From the NCBI GenBank assembly GCA_030390025.1, contig JASTWF010000362.1, positions 124,001 through 188,000 of the forward strand: DNA of 64,000 nt, written 5' to 3'. The stretch is from Squalus acanthias (lineage: Eukaryota). Made by a program: the position numbers and the translations under genes. The notes beneath the pieces are model-generated. The model worked only from the letters and a program-made list of their open reading frames with translations. It had not been told where the DNA came from and ran no database searches. The stretch's first letter is position 1; each line of letters opens with the position of its first letter. Below, piece by piece: positions 24,254 through 34,468 of the stretch.

Positions 24254-24828
24254 GTAAATGAAGCAGTGCATGACAGAACGATAATATAAAAACCATGGTC
24301 ACAGTTCAGAGTGTCATATGCATAGAGCTTAACTTGTCCATAAATATTACTGTGGTACAGATTAATGTTCAAGCCCCATGCCTGGACTTTGAGCATGTAA
24401 TCTGGGCTGGCACTCCAGTGCAGTACTGAGGGAATGCTGAATCACTGGAGGTGCTGAACATTGATGGAGGTAAAAGATCCCATGCAACACTTGGGAGTTC
24501 TCCCAGTCATCTGCCCAACATTAACCACCAAAACAATGTAACTGGTCAGTCATCTTGTTTTGCAGAATCTTGCTGTACAAAAAGTGGCTGCTGTGTTTGT
24601 CTACCCTTCAAAAGTAAATCATTGGGTATGAAAGAATTTGGGATGTCCTGAGGATGTGACAATGTGCTATATAAATGCAAGTTTGTTCGTTCTTAACAGC
24701 TGTGAAAATATGCAGAGAACAATGCTCGGAGGGTGGCAAAAATTGTATGTTTTTTAAGGTGCATTTCAATTGATTTTTTTGGTATCTTAAGCATAATGTT
24801 TACATTTGGGAAATGAATGTTTAATATC

Positions 24829-25110
24829 AGTGTCAGCCGTGGCTCAATGGGTGGCACCCTCGCCTCTGAGTCAGAAGGTTGTGGTTTCAAGTCCCACTCT
24901 CGGGACTTCAGCACAAAAATCCAGGCCGACACTCCCAGTGCAGTGCTGAGGGAGGTGCTGCACTGTCGGAAATTGACTGGCAAATTGACTGCCACATTTC
25001 CTGCATTACAACAATGACTACACCTCAAAAAGTACTTCATTGGCTGTGAAGTGCTTTGGGACATCCGATGCTTGTGAAAGACGCTATAGAAATACAGGTC
25101 TTTCTTTCTT
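24829..25110 (+). mobile_element. DeuSINE, internally deleted
   Basis: Head agtgtcagccgtggctca, L2-type tail. Confidence 0.75.
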
Positions 25111-25353
25111 TTTGGGCTGATACAGCTCACTTTTATGAATAAATTAATTTTACATCAGATGTTGAACACACAATCTCTGTGAAGCAAATGATTATACATC
25201 CTGAGTGGATGATAAACGCCAAATAGAATCTAGTCAGTAAATACGGAGAGCGAATAGTACGGCCGTTAATGGTGGAACATTAAATAGCAGCACTCAGATG
25301 TAAAACCTGCATTTTATACAATGTAATAACATCCATATACAATTTATTCTCAG

Positions 25354-25450
25354 ATGCTTTCGATAGTGAACTTGCGTTAAAAACGCTGAAAGACATTTTG
25401 GATGGGAAGATAGTTGAGGTTCCTAACTATGATTTTGTCACCAATTCTAG
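25354..25450 (+). CDS. UCK1: UCK1 coding exon 3
   Basis: cag|(D)[31 protein letters not shown](R)|gtaaga, 97 nt. Confidence 0.95.
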
Positions 25451-26759
25451 GTAAGAAATAAATGTTACTAATTTCCAACGGTGTTTGTAAATGCATTTGG
25501 CTGCTGATGACATCCTGCCTTCGCCGCTATCTAAACAAACGATTTTACATTTTATTTACATTGGGGCCCCCCCCTCCAAGAGAATGTTGTACCTTCACGG
25601 CAAGGAATAGTATTTTGGACTTTTATTGATCGGTGCCAGGGTATCTTCATTATCGCCAGAACAGGGCCGCTGAACACTGCATCAGGGTGACGGTGTGAGG
25701 TCAGAGTTCAAGTAAACCTCACCACTTCCTCATCCAGAGCTGGAATTCATTCAGAATATATGGCGGCCTTGTAGCGGAGTGAGCTTTGAAAGTCCCTTCT
25801 TAATGCAGGCTAGTATCTAGGTTGAAAATGGCCTGGAATTCCCTCCCTAAACCTCTCTGCCGCTCGACCTCCTTTAAGACGCTCCTTAAAACCTACCTCT
25901 TTCTGTCCTAATATCTCCTTATGTGGCTCGGTGTCAAAATGTTGTTTGATAATCGCTCCTGTGAGGCGCCTTGGGACGCTTTTACTACGTTAAAGGCGCT
26001 GTATAAATGCAAGTTGTTGTTGCGGTTCTCAAACTCTTTTTTGGCCAGTGTCATACCAACATTTTCTTAAGCCTCTTGCTCGTTAGATCAGGAAGAATTT
26101 GCATGGCTAGAGGGAAAAGAGTGGGGAAGTGGGACTGATTGGAATAGCTCTTTCAAAGAGCCGACACACAGACGATGGGCCAAACGGCTGCCTTCTGTGC
26201 TGTACAATTCCATGATTATAGATTTAAGATCCAGGGCACACACTCCAGACAATTTGCCATTGTTGGGAGTAAGTTTTGTCTATCTGTGGCTGAACTGCTG
26301 GTAGTAAATGGTGCAGCAGGCCATGGCAATTGATGTAGTTTACCCAAACCACCATCTCCTTTATGCATTCAGCAGTTTAAACCTCCACACCAGCTCGTCT
26401 GGTGGCTGGATACTGACAAGATGCTCTTGCAGGGTAATGCATCACATCGTTTGATTAAAAGTTCATCGAACATTCAGAACAATTAGCTGGATAATACACC
26501 AATAAACTACTTTATATAACTGGCTCCTCCTAAGCTCCAAATGCACCATTCTACATACTTTGTCTCCACTCTGCATTCTCACTGTGCTGAATTGAAGACT
26601 CCTTGAACCATCTCCTACTTTGATGTGCCACAGCAGTCTATGGAAATAATGATTATTTTTAAACCTCTAGACACTAGATGTGTATCTTGTATAATAAAAA
26701 ACAAAAAATGCTGGAAATACTTAGCAGGTCAGGCAGGCTCTGTGGGAAAAAATCTGGGA

Positions 26760-28660
26760 AATTCCTCTCCGACCCATCTTGGCAATCAGAACTAGTCCAG
26801 GAGCTCACTCTGGCCCTGAATTCCCTGCAGTACCCACCTTCTGTAAGAGGTGATCTCCGCCCCAGCCAGAAACAGGTCCAGCTCTCACTTGACGGAATTC
26901 AGCCAATCAGCATCCACCGCACGAGATGGCAGCCTGTCCCAGAGATCCACTATTCTCTGGGAAAAGAACCACCTCCTGACATCGAACCTAGATCTGGCCT
27001 TGCACAACTTAAATTTGTGACCCCTGGTCCTCCCTAACCTGTCAACTGGCACACAATCTATTCCCTTCATTATTTTATAAAGATAAAAGGGAACCAGTGG
27101 ATGTAGTATATTTGGATTTCCAAAAGGCATTCGATAAGTTGCCACATAAAAGTTTACGCAAGATAAGGGCACATGGGGTTGGGGGTAATGTATTAGCATG
27201 GATGATAGAGGATTGGTTAACGGACAGAAAACAGAGAGTAGGGATAAACGGGTCATTTTCAGATTGGCAGGCCATAACTTGTGCTGCAAGGATCAGTGCT
27301 TGGGCCTCAGCTATTTACAATCGAGAGCAATTACTTAGATGCAAGGACCGAGTGCAATGTATCCAAGTTTACTGATGATACAAAGCTAGGTGGGAAAGTA
27401 AGCTGTGAGGAGGACGCAAAAGAGCCTGCAAAGGGATATAGACAGGTTATGTGAGTGGGCAGTAAGGTGGTAGATGGAGTATAATGTGGGGAAATGTGAG
27501 GTTATTCACTTTTGTAGGAAGAATAGAAAAGCAGAATATTTTTTAAATGGTGAGAAACTATTAAATGTTGGTGTTCAGAGAGGTTTAGGTGTCCTAGTAC
27601 AAGAAACACAGAGTCAGCATGCAGGTACAGCAAGCAATTGGGAAGACAAATGGCATGTCGGCCTTTATTGCTGGAGGGTTGGAGTACAAGAGTAAGGAAG
27701 TCTTGCTACAATTGTACAGGGCTCTGGTGAGACCACACCTGGAGTACTGTTCACAGTTTTGGTCTCCTTATTTAAGGAAGGATATACTTGTCTTAGAGGC
27801 GGTGCAACAAAGGTTCACTAGATTGATTTCTGGGATGAGAGAGTTGTCCTATGATGAGAGATTGAGCCTATACTCTCTGGAGTTCGGAAGAATAAGAGGT
27901 GATCTCATTGAAACATATAAGATTCTAAGGGGGAATGACAGGATAGAGGCTGAGGGATTGTTTCCCCTGGCTGGAGAGTCTAGAACTAGGGGTCATAGTC
28001 TCAGAATAAGGTGTCGACCTTTTAAGACTGAGATGAGGAGGAATTTCTTCACTCAGAGGTTTGAGAAACTTAGGAATTCTTTGCCCCAGAGGGCTGTGGA
28101 TGCTCAGTTGTTGAATATATTTAAGGTTGAGATCGATAGATTTTTGGACTCTAGGGGAATCAAGGGATATGGGGATCGGGCGGGAAAGTGGAGTTGAGGT
28201 TGAAGATCAGCCATGATCTTATTGAATGGTGGAGCAGGCTCGAGGGGCTGTATGGCCGACTCCTGCTCCTAGTTCTTATAAACCTCAATCAGATCACCCC
28301 CAAGTCTACGCTTCTCTAAAGTGTAGAGTCCCAACTCTTTTAGCCCATCTTGATAACGAAGATGCTTTAAACTGGTAATTAGTCTCATGGCTCCTCCTCT
28401 GCACCCTTTCCAAAGCCTCAGTATCACCCAACATGTGAGGAGACCAAAACTGGACTCAGTATTCAAAGTGCGTCCTGACTAAAGTCTTGTACAAGGACAA
28501 AACAGTATGCCTTGTCTTATACTCACTTGTCCTATGGATACACCTCCACACCCTATTTGCTCTAGCTATCGCTTCACGGCATTGCTCATGTACCTTTGAA
28601 GATGTATGCACTAGAATGGCCAAATCTCTTTCTATCTCCACCTTTTAATGCTTTTCCATG
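26760..28660. mobile_element. older minus-strand CR1 interrupted by a + strand CR1 RT fragment (~27085-28275)
   Basis: Plus strand: [13 protein letters not shown] to the 3' UTR. Minus strand: ELGLYTLEKRRLGGDLIEVYK (28280+) continues as YKIMKGID (27080-). Confidence 0.75.
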
Positions 28661-28902
28661 GAGTTGTTACAAGTATGCAAGAGGATATGGTCACTGAAGC
28701 TCATTACTCTAGTTCACCAGCTCCAAAATACTCAATTGCTGGCTATATGGTGTTCATGTGATGGTTTGAAACTTTAATTGCTCAATTTCGTAATTTAATG
28801 AGACAACGCACTTTCATGTGGACAGTGTCTCCCCCCGTCTTTGAAGAACTGCGTGACTCGGTGTGTTGTCCACTTTTGTGATAATTTTATTTGAAACCCT
28901 AG

Positions 28903-29039
28903 GTTACCAGTAACCGTCTACCCGGCCGACGTCGTCCTGTTTGAGGGAATACTGGTGTTTTACAACCAGGCAATTAGAGACCTCTTCCACCTTAAACTGT
29001 TTGTTGACATGGACGCCGGTGTACGGCTCTCCAACCGAG
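28903..29039 (+). CDS. UCK1: UCK1 coding exon 4
   Basis: tag|[45 protein letters not shown]|gtacta, 137 nt. Confidence 0.95.
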
Positions 29040-29092
29040 GTACTAGTTACTCTAAATGCACTGGTACTGAATGCCATCTGTACCCCGGTATA

Positions 29093-29520
29093 GTCCCGAA
29101 TCCTGCCGGTGCCCCCGTCTCGTCCCGAATGCCGCCGGTGCCCCCGTCTCGTCCCGAATCCCGCCGGTGACCCCGTCTCATCCCGAATCCCGCCGGTGAC
29201 CCCGTCTCGTCCCGAATCCCGCCGGTGACCCCGTCTCGTCCCGAATCCCGCCGGTGACCCCGTCTCGTCCCGAATCCCGCCGGTGACCCCGTCTCGTCCC
29301 GAATGCCGCCGGTGCCTGCGTACAATGTTCCCTGTAAGCTGCGCTTTGTTCTGCGCGGTCCCTTTAAATTTCTGCGCACGTGTGGTACTTGCAGTTGAAA
29401 AGCCGGTGAGTGGCCTGTGCGGGACCTTACCTATTACTGCGCGGCTGCACAGCTTAGAGGGAATATTGCCCGTGTCTCGTCCCGAATGCCGCCGGTGCCT
29501 GCGTCTCCTCCCGAATGCAG
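29093..29520. repeat. 29-bp CpG-rich minisatellite in UCK1 intron 4, split by a MITE
   Basis: Unit ccgccggtgaccccgtctcgtcccgaatc, ~8 copies before 29322 and ~2 degenerate copies after 29469. Confidence 0.9.
29323..29468. mobile_element. 146-bp MITE (CAATGTTCCC termini, hAT-like)
   Basis: ~22-bp TIRs caatgttccctgtaagctgcgc / gcacagcttagagggaatattg. Relatives at 54805-54898 and ~57420-57529. Confidence 0.75.
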
Positions 29521-29655
29521 TCGGTACCCGTGTCTCCTACTAGCTGGAGCAGAAGTCACAGCAACTAGCATAAAGCACCCCCCGACAGTATTTGCAGATT
29601 GAATCCGGTTACGTGATTTAGTAATAAGGGGATAAAACATTTCCATAACTTTCAG

Positions 29656-29750
29656 TACTCCGAGATACGAAGCGAGGAAGGGACCTGGAACAAATCCTGG
29701 TTCAGTATACAACGTTTGTGAAGCCTGCCTTTGAGGAGTTTTCTTTACCG
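29656..29750 (+). CDS. UCK1: UCK1 coding exon 5
   Basis: ttcag|(V)[31 protein letters not shown]|gtaagt, 95 nt. RDxxRGR spacing is UCK1-type (UCK2 has one extra residue). Confidence 0.95.
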
Positions 29751-30229
29751 GTAAGTTGCCGTTGAACTTTTAAATTCACTTTTCTCAGATTTCTCCACCT
29801 CTCAGTCACAGTGGCTTCCTGTCAATCTCTCTCCATTTATGCCTGCCCTGACTCTACTGTTGAATAATGGATCAGCCAGGGACACCAACAAGAGTTCAGA
29901 CAGATTAAAGTATACTATACAAATCTATTTAAAAAGTTCATTAGTAATAGCACTAGTTGCACTGACACCCTAACCTCTGTGAGCGGGACTGAGGAGTCTT
30001 TTTAGTAGTCAGCTGGGCCACTGAGGCTTGTACTGACAGCCTTGTACTGACAGCTCCATCTGACCATGTCCGTCAGCTGCTAGATCAGCAGAAGCAGAGG
30101 TGAGAGAAACCACGAGAGAATCACTGCGGATATGGGTGACTGTGAACGGAAGAAGGGATAAAAGGAATCAAAGTGAGTGGTAAATAATTAGGGTCTGTCG
30201 GTACATAACCATTTGCCGTCTTATTGCAG

Positions 30230-30278
30230 ACAAAGAAATATGCAGACGTCATCATTACAGGGGGAGCTGACAACGTTG
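30230..30278 (+). CDS. UCK1: UCK1 coding exon 6
   Basis: gcag|TKKYADVIITGGADNV|gtaagt, 49 nt. Confidence 0.93.
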
Positions 30279-31102
30279 GTAAGTTTTGTGTGCAATTTGT
30301 ATCGTTTTGCGGTTACCTTTCATTCGGATGGTAGATGGAGGCGACAGAATTCATGGCCACCAGGATTAAATATTGAGGGATGTAGTTTGCAGGGCTGGTA
30401 ATTCCCTTCTCTCTCTTTTTCTCCTCTCCCCCTCTTTGCTTAGCATATTTTGGGATGGAAATTTTGAACATAAACCTACATTCAAATAGCATTCCATCAC
30501 AGACATTGTGTGACTGATGCAGTCACTCTGAAAGATCTTTTGTGGTTACTTTTCATAAACATTTAAATTTAAAGACACTTAACTAAGAATCCTTTTTAAA
30601 TATGAAGATAAAAACATTTTATTTTTAAAAAAAGGATACTATAGTTGAAGGGCCAAAACTCGTAGTGCAGGACGGCACGAGGTTAAAAAGAATAAATCAG
30701 AAAGTGCTAAGCCAAGCCCGTAGGCTGCAAGAGGAAGGAATGACCAAGGGAGTCGAGTTCCAGCGTTTTCAGAGGCTGGAAAAAGAACGGCTCTAATGCA
30801 GCGAGTCTTCATTTGAACATATTGAGCGTGTAGGGAGGAAAGAAGATTGGGCAAAATGGCATATTTACAGCTTACAAGAACGTTCAGAAGAGCACTGATA
30901 CTACCATCAGTAAGAGACAGAACGACTGTTACAGAGAGAGACTGTTACAGGGAGACTGGTGGGGAAAAGAGGGAAAAGCTTTTATGTAAATTATAACTAA
31001 AGCTCTAAGCTTGAGCAGGTCTAAGGATAAGGCAGTGCTGGGTCTTATAGAGAGTGCGCTGCATGAGGGATAGGGACTTTTTTTTTTCTTTTTCCATTTT
31101 AG

Positions 31103-31350
31103 TTGCAATTAACACGATTGTACAGTACATTCAAGATGGTCTGACTGGAGAGATCTGCAAATGGCAGCAGGAGCCAATGAGTGGGCACAGCAGACAGCAG
31201 AAGCGTTCCTGTCCAGAAGAGCCAGAGACCAACAGTGTGAACGACTCCAGCAAACGTGTCCATTTGGAACCCAACTTGCCGGCCCCACTGAATAACGCTG
31301 CGTGCAAGGCTTCCACAATCCCACAAACTGCAGCTCAGTTCAGACTGTGA
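31103..31350 (+). CDS. UCK1: UCK1 terminal coding exon 7
   Basis: Long pyrimidine tract + ag|(V)AINTIVQYIQDGLTGEICKW...KRVHLEPNLPAP...QFRL*. The EICKW motif is UCK1-like. Spliced CDS totals 867 nt (288 aa). Confidence 0.9.
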
Positions 31351-31619
31351 ATGAGAGGCCACCATATGGCCCATCGGGATCTTTCTACAGAGGACACACA
31401 CAATCTACTCCTAGATGATCATTTCAACTCCTGAGGAAAGGAAAGGCTCTGCAAAGTTTGTCCTTGCCTCTGTGGTAAATCAAGCAAAAACTCCAGAGTA
31501 ATGTACGCCGCCTGTGTCGTACATTATTCATCTTTGACCAGCTGCCGCCTTCAGCACATTTCCAAGGCCCTGGCGGTTCAACAACTATCAGTTCTACCTG
31601 GCATTTGCTAATATCTTTT

Positions 31620-32175
31620 ATAGGAACAGGAGGAGGCCATTTAGCCCCTCAAGCCTGTTCCGCCATTCAATGAGATCATGGCTGATTTGCGACCTATCTC
31701 CATATATCCACCTTTGTCCCATATCCCTCAATACCTTTGGTTAACAAAATGTTAAATCTGCAGTTGATAGATTTAACAATTGATCCAGCATCAATTGCCA
31801 TTTGCAGAAGAGAGTTCCAAACTTCTACCACCCTGTGTGTGTAGAAGTGATTCCTAATTGCACTCCTGAAAGGTCTGGCTCTAAGTTTTAGATTATGCCC
31901 CCAAGTCCTAGAATCCCCAACCAGCAGAAATAGTTTCTATCTATCTACCCTATCTGTTCCCCTCAATAAACTTCGATCAAGTGACCCCTTAAACTTCTAA
32001 ATGCCAGAGAATACAACCCTAGTTTGTGTAATCTCTCCTTGTAATTTAACCCTTGGAGTCCAGATATCATTCTGGTAAATCTACACTGCACTCCCTCCAA
32101 GGCCAATAAATCCCTCCTAAGGTGTGGTGCCCAGAATTGCTCACAGTATTCCAGGTGTGGTCTAACCAGGGCTTA
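31620..32175 (-). mobile_element. CR1 3' fragment just downstream of the UCK1 stop
   Basis: Reverse complement of the family at 6325-6670. Confidence 0.8.
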
Positions 32176-34468
32176 TGACCCTCAATTCGGTCCTTACCCA
32201 ATAAACGTAAAGCTCGCCAGTGCTGCACTCACAATCCAACTTTAACAGGTCTGGCTTCCAGCTAGTTTTCACATAAAGCTTGTGATAATGAAGCTCACGA
32301 CTGAGCAAAGTCAACCAATAACATCACTGTGCTGAACTTTCATGGAGTTATATACATCTTCAAATGTGTTTCTGAAAGTCTCAAACTGTCCAATTAGTGG
32401 CCAGGTGTGGGATGACGATTGGAAAGAAAAATGACAAGATAACTCATCAGCTGTGGCAAGATGCAATAGTCACCGTATTCATCATATTCAGTGTCTACTT
32501 CTGGAATAACTAGCATTTTAAACTTATTTTAACTTTGGCGAGTCTGAATGTATTATGTTCTCCAAAGGAGGAGATAAGGTGCAATGCTAAACAGATTCAT
32601 TATTTTTCTGCAAATGAAGAAATCGTCTATCTTTTGCACATTTTCAACGGCAATATTAACAATTTACAGATGTGTGTTATAGACTTCGTACATGAATGTG
32701 CAGTTTGAGACCTTTGAGGGAACTGCTTTTCAGTCTTCTCACTTCTAGCACTGAACTAAACTGCAAAGCCAAGAGTCCTGCAAGATCTTTGAAACATTGA
32801 AAGACGCAGCGTCCACTAGTGTTTACCCGTATTAGAAAATAACACATGGGATTAATCGACGATTGTCATTTTTCAGTCCTATATGATTGAAGAATCAACT
32901 GGTATTATCTGATGCTAATCCAGTGATATTTGCAGTTTCATCAGTTCAGAATCTAACCACTGATCGCTGCATACTCAGGTTAATTAAGAGAACTGTTAGA
33001 ATTACAGTAATGTTTAAAAGAAAAAAAAATTGTAATGCTGTAACATATCGTCCTGTATCCAGGATTCATTGAGTAAATCCCACATGTCCCTGCTGTGCAC
33101 AATGATGCAGAAAGCTTTCCTAGAAACACCGTCTGCTATGAATTAGTGTAAACAGACTGGAACTTTCAGAAGCATTCAACATCGCTGCACTTAAGAAATT
33201 CTTGAGAGCCTATTGAAAATATTTTGCCTCACTCTGAGATCTGGCCTTACTTAATAGCAGTGTCCTTGCTAAGGACTTGCTTTACTCATCATTCTAGTTT
33301 TATAGTTGTTAACATATTCAAACAGCTGGTGGGGTTTACAGTTAATTGGAATCTGGAGCCTTAAAAAAGTGTTTGAGCAACTATTTGTGACAGTTCGAAA
33401 GAAAGATAATACTCCATTTACAGCAGTATTACAACAAACAATAGTTTGCACTCACTACACAATCCAACTCCAGAATAATCACTGCGGAACAGACACTCTA
33501 ATGTCGGTATCTCTGTTGTAACGTCTGTAATGCTCCAAATTCATATGAAATGCATCTCAAGGAGGAGTGTTTTTCACAAAGAAAGTATTGAGAGATAGCT
33601 CATGTGCTTCATTAAGCGGGCTTTCCAACTGCAAAAGATACTTTTTTCTCCTGTGCTTCATTTGTTGAATCTTGGTCCCTAGGTTTTTTTTTAACTCTTT
33701 CTAAAAGGATATACTACCTTGGTTGTAGAGATCAGTGTGAAAAGCTAATTTCTCATTATTTTGTCACAGGACTGGTTTATGTGCTGGCAATATCTTTTTT
33801 AATCTACTGTTAATAGCTTATGCAGGAAATAAATGGTTTAACCAGGTGAGGTAGAATTTTTTTCCTGCCTGAATGGATGATAAGCACCAGGCTTAACACA
33901 GATAGCCACTGATTCCTGGCTTCAATCAATGAATGATTCCAGTAGCTGGTTCTATCAAGCGTTACATTGCTTAATACTGGTTGGGTCTTTCTCATTCTCT
34001 TTAAAAAGTACTTCAACCTTCAAATACAATTCAATAGCCCAACGTAGTTGGGGAAACACGTGCGACACACTTCATCCTGAAGAGCCACTTCATGGAGTGG
34101 CCGAATTGGTCAAGTGGTTTGTCCAGCCCTGCGCCACGCTCAAGTTCTCAACCAGACAGAGCCAGAGGAGGACAAGAAAGTTTGAACCCAGAACAATAAG
34201 CTTCAAGATGCGCCAGGTCAGGAAGTTTCAGGTCCACGACCTTGTCAGAATGTTGGTGTTTCAATCCAATATTGGACTCCCGAGGTGACTCTTTTTCTCC
34301 AGTGTCAGCTGTGGCTCGGTGGGTTAGCACTCTCACCTCTGAGTCAGAAGGTTTGTGGGTTCGAGCCCCACAAAAATCTAGGCTGCCACGCCATTGCAGT
34401 ACTGAGGGAGCGCTGCACTGTCGGAGGTCCCGTCTTTCGGATGAGACATTAAACCGAGGCCCCGTCTG

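Noticed and set aside
26697..26750. Further Penelope pLTR tails (here and ~60120-60185) as ribozymes
   Set aside because: Only the downstream tail is present; the CUGANGA-stem II-GAAA core is missing or destroyed.
21326..31350. Calling the kinase UCK2 or an outright pseudogene
   Set aside because: RDxxRGR spacing, the EICKW and HLE..RPH tail, and tail-to-tail synteny with POMT1 indicate UCK1. There is no premature stop and all splice sites are canonical.
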